A stretch of DNA of 64,000 nucleotides from a virus. The stretch lies in IMG/VR virus record IMGVR_UViG_3300022188_000006, positions 64,001 to 128,000 of that record; one strand, given 5' to 3'. Shown here one piece after another: positions 47,127-55,288 of this stretch. The first letter of the stretch is position 1, and each line of letters starts with the position of its first letter. The notes under the pieces are model-generated. The model was not told the origin of the DNA and searched no databases. It worked only from the letters and a program-made list of their open reading frames with translations. The translations under genes were made by a program, and so were the position numbers.

Positions 47127-47339
47127 TTACGAACAAAGAGAATGAATGATCTCCTCCGTTCTTATCCTGCGTATCACAATCTGCTTTCCAGCCCAGAGAC
47201 TGGGTAAAGCTTCTCCGACAGGCTCCAACGCACCCGTGACCCACACGTACCACTTATTTGGGCGTTCTTCAACGAATACTACGCCCGTCGTGGCACTGAG
47301 GGCCAGTTTATACAGATCCGTAGCGACCTTACTGTTCAT
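47127..47339 (-). CDS. Small hypothetical protein
   Basis: About 70 aa, overlaps the end of the SOD gene. Confidence 0.5.
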   Translation of the reverse strand: MNSKVATDLYKLALSATTGVVFVEERPNKWYVWVTGALEPVGEALPSLWAGKQIVIRRIRTEEIIHSLCS

Positions 47340-48048
47340 GCCAGTTCCTGTCAGCAAAGCCCCAGTTGACGAGCTGTCTTACAGCCTTATTCAGGTACGA
47401 CCGCCTATCGCTCTGATAGTCGAGATAGTAGGCATGCTCCCACAGGTCTATCGCGAGCAGCGGAGTCATACTCTCATCCAGCAGTGGTCCCGCGGCATTT
47501 TCCCCGTAAACGACTTCTGGCTCTTCGTTTCTCTTGACCAGCCACAACCAACCGGAGCCAAAGAGTTTATCCCCCATGTCTACCATGACACGCCGGCATT
47601 CTTCGGTCGAACCATATTTCCTTCGCACCGCAGACAGCAGATCACCTGTTGGCGCTGTGTCCTGACCAGGAGGGGATATAGACATCCAATAGAATGCGTG
47701 ATTCCAGGCTTCCCCCGCACGTCTGGCAAGCACCTTGTTCCCATCTGCTCCAGAAGAAATGAGACTTCTCAGATCTTCTTGCTCGAATCGAGTCCCGCGA
47801 ACCATTTCCCTCACAAGATCCACGTACCTCTTGTGTATGCGAACGTGCGCCTCGATTGTATCCCTTGAGAGAGCGGGCGACAGCTCACCCATCTTGAAAG
47901 GTAATGCTGGCATCACTAGGCGGCCAGCAATGTCTGTAGCCGGCTGTTCGTTACCTTTTTGCTGCTTCACCTTTGTCACAAAGGCTGCATTGCTCCCCAC
48001 AGATTTCAGGAGAGCCCCAAAACCTCCTAGACCAATGCCTGTCTGCAT
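47329..48048 (-). CDS. Fe/Mn superoxide dismutase family protein with N-terminal extension
   Basis: P.LPF....L.P.LS..TI..H...H, WNH.FYW, FGSGW.WL, DLWEHAYYLDYQ; start at ATG 48048. Confidence 0.92.
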   Translation of the reverse strand: MQTGIGLGGFGALLKSVGSNAAFVTKVKQQKGNEQPATDIAGRLVMPALPFKMGELSPALSRDTIEAHVRIHKRYVDLVREMVRGTRFEQEDLRSLISSGADGNKVLARRAGEAWNHAFYWMSISPPGQDTAPTGDLLSAVRRKYGSTEECRRVMVDMGDKLFGSGWLWLVKRNEEPEVVYGENAAGPLLDESMTPLLAIDLWEHAYYLDYQSDRRSYLNKAVRQLVNWGFADRNWHEQ

Positions 48049-48119
48049 GCTCTCCTCCCATACACCGCCGGCAGACACCGCCTAGCAGTATCAACCGAAG
48101 CAAACGCACTGTTATTTTA

Positions 48120-48148
48120 ATCTTATCTATGCCCGGCAAGGGAGTCAA
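48120..48148 (-). promoter_or_regulatory. Sigma70-like promoter opening the packaging/cargo module
   Basis: TTGACT-N17-TAAGAT. Confidence 0.7.
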
Positions 48149-48160
48149 GCAGAAGCAAGA

Positions 48161-48186
48161 GGGGCGCATGGCTGATCATGCGCCCC
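48161..48186 (-). terminator. Second hairpin/terminator between replication and late modules
   Basis: 10-bp stem GGGGCGCATG/CATGCGCCCC followed by TCTTGCTTCT. Confidence 0.55.
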
Positions 48187-48271
48187 TTCTCGTGCCTCAA
48201 TCTGGCAGAACCGTCGTCACAGGAGAGGACTATTTACTCCGTTTGTCAAACTTCTACTGCGTTCTTTCTGG

Positions 48272-48306
48272 AAAAACGAGAGTCACGCCGGGCGAGCGTG
48301 ACTCTC
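48272..48306 (-). terminator. Rho-independent terminator after nrdJ
   Basis: 11-bp stem GAGAGTCACGC/GCGTGACTCTC followed by GTTTTT. Confidence 0.8.
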
Positions 48307-48360
48307 TGGGCAACACAGGACACAAGGAAGCGCCTGTTAGTCACCAATATGGATACAACA

Positions 48361-50403
48361 TCAATCGTCCTGGAGAACAATCCTGCAAGAGTTATTCTTG
48401 CATTCAAGTTCTCCTGCAGCACTGAACTTCATTTCTGCTGCGTCGTAATCTTCTTTTTCGATGCGTTCATACGGCATCTGCGGTCGGTTTGAAACAGTGG
48501 GCATGACTGTCGTACCCTTCAGGTGCGGCCCGAAAGCAATGAGAGCGCGTTCAACATCCTCCACAGTCACCTTTTCGGGATCCACGTTGACAGTGAAGGA
48601 AATCGAGTTGTCCACATAGCTGTCCTGAACTGTCTTCTGTACGTCAAGGTATTCCTCCAGGGTCAGGTCTGTCGACTCCTCGACAAGCCCCGGATCAATT
48701 TCGGGATCGTCCAGTATCTTAGCCCGACAGATGTAAGAAACTACCTTCGTATTGGGACTATAAAGCGAATCCTCTACATCGAGTCCGTTCTTTTCTGCCT
48801 CTTCGACGATTTTCCGTTGGTTTTCGTCGCTCATCAAATAGGCCACGCGACGCCGAAAATACCGGAACATCACCGGCTGCATACCCTCCGAACACCCCGC
48901 CAGCTTAGATGTCGAGCCCGTGGGAGCACACGTGCTCACCTTCACAGGTTCAGGTATCCTCAGTTCGAAAGCATACTCGCGCGCTGCATTCCTTACCATC
49001 TTTGCCGCCTTCTGCAGGGCGGTCTTCTGCCTTTCGGCCGACGGAAACTCACTGAACCGCACGCCTTCCCTTACCAACCAATCGGCAAATCCCGTAAATC
49101 CGACGCCAATTCTCCTATCGCGTAGCACAACCTCACGTGCAGGCCCCTCCGGATAGTCGGCATACGTAGCACGGATGAGGAATCGCGTCATCAGCCTAAA
49201 CGCTTCCAACATTCCAGCCAAATCATGTGCAAATTTGCCCAAATTCACACTCCCGAGGATGCAGCTCCCCCACTCCGGCAGCGTTATCTCCCCACAAGGA
49301 TTTGTGCAAACAATCTTGTTTGGCTCTCCCTCATTCGCTTTCGTTATGTTGAATATCCCAGGCTCACCATTTGACAGGGCTCCTTCGGCAATCATCCGCA
49401 TAATCTTTTGAGCGTGTGCATCCTTTCGTCGAAGTGCCAGCCAAAAGTAACTGTCAAGCACAATCGAGATATTCGTGGTCCAGTGCGCTGAGCCATCAGC
49501 TTTCAGGTCAAGAAACCTCTCGATGTCCTCGTCCTTCCAATGCTTCATTGACATCCTGGCACTACGCCGGGAGCTTCCAGCAACTACGCAGCGGGCAATC
49601 TCATGGTCTATATCCAGACAGAGAAATGAATCCGGTTTCGTGCCGACAGCGGCATTCATTCTGTCCGCGACCGACAAAAGCATCTCTACAAGTGCGGCAG
49701 GTCCACTGGCAACCCCACCAAACCTCTTCAGTCGACTGCCGCTCGGCCGCACATGCGAGACATCGAACACCACCTCCTTTGCCCGTTCACCCTTTTCATA
49801 ATATAGGTCTAACATGAGCCCGAGAGCGTCCACCCAGCCCTCGCGGCTATCTTCCACCTGGATCGCACCGGCCCAAGAGGCAGCATATTTCTTCGATAGG
49901 AATCCGCGTATCTGCTCATAGTCTTTGTGTGCTTCATCGCAAACAACATGGACATCCACCGGGTGATGGATTCTGCCGTACCGGCACACGAAGGGATTGC
50001 TGTAGTTTGCGCCGACACCACCTCCTTCCATCAGGCGCGCAAAGGTAAATCGGAAGTGCTCAGAAAATTTTTCACCCCACCCGGACACCCAGCAGTTTGC
50101 CACCGTTTGTACACCTATCGCGCCCGTCGACCAAAGGTGTCGTCCGCCGGGCAGAAGCTTAAAATGGTAGATAAGGTTGAACAGCTTCTCAGGCTCTCCG
50201 CGCTCTATGAACCTCTTCGGCACAAACCTGCAGTTTCCTTCTACGACCCGTTTGACTGTTTCTGCCCACTCTTCCTTGCTACCATCCGGCTTGGTTCGAC
50301 TGTATGTTCGCCGGAAAATATCCTCTCCAAGAGAACCCCACGAAGGCGCATCGAGCCGTTCAGGAAGCCGCAGCATCCCTCTCCTCCTTTCCACTCTGTT
50401 CAA
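48361..50403 (-). CDS. nrdJ: Class II (adenosylcobalamin-dependent) ribonucleotide reductase
   Basis: RTYSR, LPGGR.LW, NC, GGGVG, DSREGW, GG.ASGP, RRSA, TNPCGEI, PTGS.SKL, C-terminal C....C. Confidence 0.93.
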   Translation of the reverse strand: MNRVERRRGMLRLPERLDAPSWGSLGEDIFRRTYSRTKPDGSKEEWAETVKRVVEGNCRFVPKRFIERGEPEKLFNLIYHFKLLPGGRHLWSTGAIGVQTVANCWVSGWGEKFSEHFRFTFARLMEGGGVGANYSNPFVCRYGRIHHPVDVHVVCDEAHKDYEQIRGFLSKKYAASWAGAIQVEDSREGWVDALGLMLDLYYEKGERAKEVVFDVSHVRPSGSRLKRFGGVASGPAALVEMLLSVADRMNAAVGTKPDSFLCLDIDHEIARCVVAGSSRRSARMSMKHWKDEDIERFLDLKADGSAHWTTNISIVLDSYFWLALRRKDAHAQKIMRMIAEGALSNGEPGIFNITKANEGEPNKIVCTNPCGEITLPEWGSCILGSVNLGKFAHDLAGMLEAFRLMTRFLIRATYADYPEGPAREVVLRDRRIGVGFTGFADWLVREGVRFSEFPSAERQKTALQKAAKMVRNAAREYAFELRIPEPVKVSTCAPTGSTSKLAGCSEGMQPVMFRYFRRRVAYLMSDENQRKIVEEAEKNGLDVEDSLYSPNTKVVSYICRAKILDDPEIDPGLVEESTDLTLEEYLDVQKTVQDSYVDNSISFTVNVDPEKVTVEDVERALIAFGPHLKGTTVMPTVSNRPQMPYERIEKEDYDAAEMKFSAAGELECKNNSCRIVLQDD

Positions 50404-50420
50404 CCAAAACCGGATAGGCT

Positions 50421-50609
50421 CTAAAGACTGTCCCAGGTAGCGACTTCCGCCGGGTCGAGAAGCTCTATCGGTAACGCCAGGCGATACCGTCGATAGCTTC
50501 TTCCCTCTTCGTTAAGTCGCTCCTGGCATCTTTTACAGAACCTATTGAAGTTGCCTTCCGACCAGAACTTTTTTCCGCACCCCAGGCATGCTCTTTTTCG
50601 CCTACTCAT
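50421..50609 (-). CDS. Small Zn-finger protein
   Basis: R.CL.CGK.F.SEG..NR.C..C; probable start at ATG 50609. Confidence 0.65.
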   Translation of the reverse strand: MSRRKRACLGCGKKFWSEGNFNRFCKRCQERLNEEGRSYRRYRLALPIELLDPAEVATWDSL

Positions 50610-50701
50610 TGGCAAGCCCTGTTGCGGGTGCCAACATTTGTATCGGGTCCGCCCTGTTGGCACCACTAGCCCATGAACAAGCACGCCCGGACAGCGTCCG
50701 T

Positions 50702-51337
50702 TTAGTTCTTTCCTGCTTTCTTTGCCGCTTCTTCTTTGTCCTCCTCTTCAGCAGCCATACTAAATGCCATCAGCAAATCCACCAAGAAGTCGTCGTCAGG
50801 ATCCCCGTGAAAGGGCTCCGCCCAAATGACAAAGTTGCTCACCTTCGGAGACTTGACGATGAGTTCCTGTTCCTCGTCCTGGCCAAGCCGAACATCCACA
50901 CCCCACTTCGCCAGCTTGGCGAGGTTCAACAGCTCACCTTCACCAGCGGCAGAGAGCAGCACGACTGAATCCGTACCAAGCTTCCTGCCATCGTAGAAAC
51001 CCTCCTGCACCAACTCGGCGGCGACTTCCTTCAGCATCTCGCCTGGCAATACATGCTCGAAGTACATTTCCAGACCACTTTGCTTCAGGAAAGCGTCCAG
51101 AAAGTTCGTCTGATGTTTGGATGTGAGCGTAACCTGCTTGAAGAACCGCCGCGCTTCAGTCAGAAATGTCTCGACATGAGGCCGCAAAACGAGGGTACTT
51201 GTGTCCTGCATCCCGGCCACGTCATCGAAATACTTGAAAGCCACGGGCTTGAGTTTGCTGCTTAGCCGGGCCTCAGTCAGGTCTGTCGCAACCAGCACAT
51301 CTTCCAGGTCCACCAAGAGGGTTTCGATCTTCTTCAT
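50702..51337 (-). CDS. FCP1/NIF-like HAD-fold protein with degenerate catalytic motif
   Basis: LLVDLEDVLV, LRPHVETFL, LTS, PFHGDPDD..L..LL. Confidence 0.65.
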   Translation of the reverse strand: MKKIETLLVDLEDVLVATDLTEARLSSKLKPVAFKYFDDVAGMQDTSTLVLRPHVETFLTEARRFFKQVTLTSKHQTNFLDAFLKQSGLEMYFEHVLPGEMLKEVAAELVQEGFYDGRKLGTDSVVLLSAAGEGELLNLAKLAKWGVDVRLGQDEEQELIVKSPKVSNFVIWAEPFHGDPDDDFLVDLLMAFSMAAEEEDKEEAAKKAGKN

Positions 51338-51345
51338 TGTTGCGT

Positions 51346-51391
51346 CCTCCGGCTGTCTATCATACTATACGACATGACAGCCGGAAATCAA
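51346..51391 (-). promoter_or_regulatory. Promoter nested in an RBS-sequestering hairpin
   Basis: TTGATT-N16-TATAGT; the 10-bp IR TCCGGCTGTC/GACAGCCGGA has its 3' arm overlapping the GGAGG SD. Confidence 0.6.
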
Positions 51392-51398
51392 CCTACCA

Positions 51399-53222
51399 CT
51401 ACTTGGCTTCAGCCCAGTTATCGCCAATACCGACCTTTGCTATCAGTGGGACAAGCAAATTTGTAACCGCCTCCATAACCTCCTTCAGCCTCTGGGCTGC
51501 CTGCTCGGCGATTTCCTCCGGAGCCTCGACAACCAGCTCGTCATGGACCTGTAGGAGCATGTGCACACCCTCCCAGCGGGGATCCTGCATCATCATTCGT
51601 CTTCTCTCTCTGGAGAAGTTGCGCATCGCGATATTCATTATGTCTGCGGCACTACCCTGAATGCTGGCATTCGTTCCGACCCTGACCGCGCTCTCGAAGT
51701 CCTTTTTCACCAGCGCCGCAAGATTCCTTTTTCTCCCCGCTATGGTCGTCACATAGCCGCGTGTCCTCAACATTTCTCTGATCTGGAGGTGATACCGAGG
51801 TATCGCTGAATATCGCTCGAAGAACCTCGTGCTGTACTTCTTGCACTCAGCCACTGTCTTCACCAGGCGCGCATTTTTCCACAGCATCCGCTGTAGGCCC
51901 TGCGGACTCAGCCCGTAGATCAGCCCGAAATTGCACGCCTTTGCAATCACCCGGTTGTCCTCGGACCCGCCCAATCCTAACGCTTCCTGCGTTCGACTGT
52001 GTATATCGCCATCCTCGCGGTAAATCTCGATCATCGTCTTATCTTGAGACCGATGCGCCATCAATCTCAGTTCTATCTGGGAGTAATCTGCGACACACAG
52101 CTTGTTGCCGGGAGTAGCCACAAAAGCTTTCCTGAGTGCGTATTTTTCCCCTTTCTTTGGCCGCGGAATGTTCTGCAAATTGGGGTCAGAACTAGATAAC
52201 CGCATCGTCTTCGTGCCGGTTGAGTGGAACGAGCAGTGTATCCGGCTCTCAGGATCTGAAGAAACCAGCTTGAGGAACGGGTCTACGTATGTGCCACGTA
52301 TCTTCGTCAACTTACGGAAGTACAATAGGTCCCGCACGAAGTCATTCTCGACGTAGCGGGTCAGAATGTCCTCGCCAGTCCCGTAAAAACCCTTCTTCCC
52401 TCGCTTCATGAATGGCAACGGCTTGAGCCTGAGCCCCTCCGGGTCGTCGAATAGGTATTTGCTGATGCGCTCCGGACTGGTCAACATGACCTTTCCATTT
52501 GACATAGCAATAGCCCTATCTTCTACCTCTTTGATTTCCTGCATAAGGTACTTACGGTACTCCCTCAGGTAGTCTCCGTCTATGCGGATACCTCGATACT
52601 CCATCTCTGCAAGAATGCGCACCAGGGGCATCGCCATGTCCCAGAATACCTTCTTCACCTTTGGTCGGCGATTGACCTGCCTCGTCAGCTCCTTGTAGCA
52701 CGCCATCGTCCAGAGCGCATCATCCTTTCCGTATTGCTCCTCGTCTTTCCCGAACAGACCGCCACTCAGAGCGCTCTCCTTCCATGTCTCCAAAATGACG
52801 CCAAACAGCTCGTGCGTCAAGCTACCACGGCCCTTCAGAGCAAGTCTGCCGGTTCCAGACCTGTTTTCGTCCAGACAGTAGGCCAGTATCATTGTGTCTG
52901 CAACACGACAGTTCACGTCCCAGGAAGCTGCCCACATGAATTTCAAATCGAACTTACCACCATGAAACACTGCCGTCTTCTCGCTGTCTGAAAGCGCAGG
53001 CTTCAGTCTCTCTTTCAGAACGTGCAGAGGGATACTTCTAGATTGCCTCTGAACTCTGAAATACCATCCATCCTTCTCTGAAACAGCAAACGAAACGCCG
53101 ATAATCCGGTCCTCACGTGGATTCAGACCCGTGGTCTCCAAGTCCATCGAGAAGACCTTGGCCTTCTTCAAGGACTTCACACAAGAGTCGAGTTGAGCCA
53201 ACAGAAGATCCGTCTCGTTCAT
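51399..53222 (-). CDS. polA: Family A DNA polymerase (3'-5' exonuclease + polymerase)
   Basis: DLETTGL, FD, YGKDD exonuclease motifs; RLSSSDPNLQNIP, ADYSQIELR, AKACNFGLIYG, IQGSAAD, QVHDEL. Confidence 0.96.
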   Translation of the reverse strand: MNETDLLLAQLDSCVKSLKKAKVFSMDLETTGLNPREDRIIGVSFAVSEKDGWYFRVQRQSRSIPLHVLKERLKPALSDSEKTAVFHGGKFDLKFMWAASWDVNCRVADTMILAYCLDENRSGTGRLALKGRGSLTHELFGVILETWKESALSGGLFGKDEEQYGKDDALWTMACYKELTRQVNRRPKVKKVFWDMAMPLVRILAEMEYRGIRIDGDYLREYRKYLMQEIKEVEDRAIAMSNGKVMLTSPERISKYLFDDPEGLRLKPLPFMKRGKKGFYGTGEDILTRYVENDFVRDLLYFRKLTKIRGTYVDPFLKLVSSDPESRIHCSFHSTGTKTMRLSSSDPNLQNIPRPKKGEKYALRKAFVATPGNKLCVADYSQIELRLMAHRSQDKTMIEIYREDGDIHSRTQEALGLGGSEDNRVIAKACNFGLIYGLSPQGLQRMLWKNARLVKTVAECKKYSTRFFERYSAIPRYHLQIREMLRTRGYVTTIAGRKRNLAALVKKDFESAVRVGTNASIQGSAADIMNIAMRNFSRERRRMMMQDPRWEGVHMLLQVHDELVVEAPEEIAEQAAQRLKEVMEAVTNLLVPLIAKVGIGDNWAEAK

Positions 53223-53245
53223 ATCGACCTGTCAACCGCTCAATG

Positions 53246-53271
53246 AAAAAAGGGCGGGCCGAAGCCCGCCC
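53246..53271 (-). terminator. Rho-independent terminator
   Basis: GGGCGGGC-TTCG-GCCCGCCC-TTTTTT. Confidence 0.88.
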
Positions 53272-53278
53272 CGGGACG

Positions 53279-54082
53279 TCAGAACGGTATGTCATCAGCA
53301 GCAGAAATCGGATTCCCCGCCTCCGGCTTTGGCGCCGATGCTCCACTACTACTTCCCCCGGACTTCCGCCTCCCGTTGCCGTCCGTGATCTGGTACTGGC
53401 TGAAGAGCCGCTGCTGCTCATCAATCGGCATCGGAGCGAACAAGTCCCGATAGAATTTCTCGGCTTCCTCGGCCGTGAATCCATACGGATCCAGATTCAT
53501 ATTCTCCGCGCCGTACTGCTTCAGGTATGCCTTCAGGTCGTCGATCTTCTCCATTGGTTCATAATCGTCGCCGACCCTAGGACTGCGCTTCTCGTGCCGA
53601 GCGACGGTGTACAGCCAACCCTTCAGGTTTCCCTTGCGTTCCTTCTTGGTCTCGATAATCGACAACGCTGAAGGAACGGCCATAAGCAGCTTCTTTCGGG
53701 GTGTCACCCTCATCTCTCCGGTATCGCGGTCCTTCCAGGGCGTAACATCGAGAATAGTCATCGCACCGACGAACATCCTGCGGAACCCGAGATCTGCCGG
53801 CTTACACGGAATCCCGGCCGTCTTCGTACAGGTCACGTAGACACAATTTGCCCAGTCGCCGTCCAAGTCGAGCTTGTACTCGTACCGACAGAACGGAACC
53901 AGTGGCATTGTGTGACCACCACGCTCAACTGTCCAGTCGAAATCGTCCAAGAAAATAATCCGGGCTTCCGAACCGACCTTCAGCCAGAAGCGGCTCTGCC
54001 GGTTGTTCCCGAACTCGCCGCCAGACCCATCGTTCGTAACTCGCCCCTGCTCAAAACCTCCCATAAACCAGTCACCAGCCAT
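53279..54082 (-). CDS. Single-stranded DNA-binding protein (gp32-like)
   Basis: RFWLK.G....IIFLD, Cys ligands, flexible tail ending DDIPF; lies between primase and polymerase. Confidence 0.75.
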   Translation of the reverse strand: MAGDWFMGGFEQGRVTNDGSGGEFGNNRQSRFWLKVGSEARIIFLDDFDWTVERGGHTMPLVPFCRYEYKLDLDGDWANCVYVTCTKTAGIPCKPADLGFRRMFVGAMTILDVTPWKDRDTGEMRVTPRKKLLMAVPSALSIIETKKERKGNLKGWLYTVARHEKRSPRVGDDYEPMEKIDDLKAYLKQYGAENMNLDPYGFTAEEAEKFYRDLFAPMPIDEQQRLFSQYQITDGNGRRKSGGSSSGASAPKPEAGNPISAADDIPF

Positions 54083-54165
54083 TGCTCTACTCCTTTCCTC
54101 TCCTCTGTTGCCAATTTGGCACCATGACTTTACCGGCCACGCACCGGCCCATGAATTTGAGTGTG

Positions 54166-55233
54166 CTAAATAAAGCGAAGCGTCTCCGCTCTTTCAATGC
54201 ACTTTCTGACAGAATCTTCATCCATGCCACAAAAATCCTTTTGCTTATATGATCCACTGTCGGCATCTCGTGCTGCACCGCACTTTCTGCATAGTATCTC
54301 CCTTCCAGAGGAAGACAATTTCAACCTAAAATCACCACATGCACAGGTCTCTGCAGGCCAGGCAACCTTCAGAAGGCATCTGTTCTTCAGTCGGTGAACA
54401 GCTTTCGCCATTCCACGTAAACCGGCGACATCCCAGTCGAGCGCGAGAACAATTGGCTTCTTCATAGATAACAGCTTTTCGGCCTGAATCGCTGAGACCT
54501 CGGCACCCATTACGGCCACCGCGTCAAAACCGCACTGCCTCAGCCAGATCGCGTCGAAAAAACCCTCCACAACCAGCATCTGGTCGGCGACACTCGCTAG
54601 GTGTTCACCATAAAGATATCGGCTCTTCTTAAAAGGAATCATCGGCAGATACTTGGGCCGCTGGTTCTCAAAAATAGTCCTCGTCATTACACCCACAAGA
54701 GCCTTGTCGGCACTCCTCCTAACGGGAATCACGACCTTGCCCTCTTCCTTGTGATAACCCAGATCCCACAGCTTGCAGCTCTCCAGGGTTATCCCGCGGT
54801 CGAGGACGTAACGCGGAACCCTCCCAGAGAACGGCGCCAATTCTTCCTCTGAAAGTACCTCGTCAGGTTCTACAGCCACGGGAGCAAACTGATCCAACGT
54901 CCTATATTTTGTCTCCAAACTGGAGACACGTAGTGCCTCGCCCTCATGCTGCTCTACCAGCCTCAAAATCTCCGGAGGGATCAACATGCCAAGGCTCTGC
55001 AACCTACGGCAGAGCTTCTTCACCGAGCCGCCGGATTCTCCGCAAGCAAAGCAGTGATAGCGACTGCCCTGTCCTGGCTCAGAGATCTCTATACTGAATG
55101 ATGGGTGGCGGTCCCTAAAATCCTTGTGCGTGAACCTGGCAAACGGACAGTTTGCAGAGATGTTTTTTTCTCTCTCTGATATCTTGCCGCAGCCCAGGCC
55201 CGAGAGGACCTGCCTTAGATGTGCTCTATCCAT
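54166..55233 (-). CDS. dnaG: DNA primase (Zn-binding domain + TOPRIM)
   Basis: CPF..H.....PSF...CFACG; RGI, PKY, YLYG, VVEGFFDAI, ALDWDVAG. Confidence 0.9.
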   Translation of the reverse strand: MDRAHLRQVLSGLGCGKISEREKNISANCPFARFTHKDFRDRHPSFSIEISEPGQGSRYHCFACGESGGSVKKLCRRLQSLGMLIPPEILRLVEQHEGEALRVSSLETKYRTLDQFAPVAVEPDEVLSEEELAPFSGRVPRYVLDRGITLESCKLWDLGYHKEEGKVVIPVRRSADKALVGVMTRTIFENQRPKYLPMIPFKKSRYLYGEHLASVADQMLVVEGFFDAIWLRQCGFDAVAVMGAEVSAIQAEKLLSMKKPIVLALDWDVAGLRGMAKAVHRLKNRCLLKVAWPAETCACGDFRLKLSSSGREILCRKCGAARDADSGSYKQKDFCGMDEDSVRKCIERAETLRFI

Positions 55234-55288
55234 TCCCCTTGCTAACCAAACGTCGCCGCAGATGCGGCCCCCGTCTCTCCGTCACCGG

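Noticed and set aside
48049-48360. tRNA or other ncRNA in the largest intergenic gap
   Set aside because: No T-loop or cloverleaf found; the gap is explained by two hairpins and a promoter.
50610-50700. Cobalamin riboswitch upstream of nrdJ (GGTGCC...CCCGCAAC)
   Set aside because: Too short and lacks the GGGAA and other conserved B12-element segments; better explained as a simple inverted repeat.
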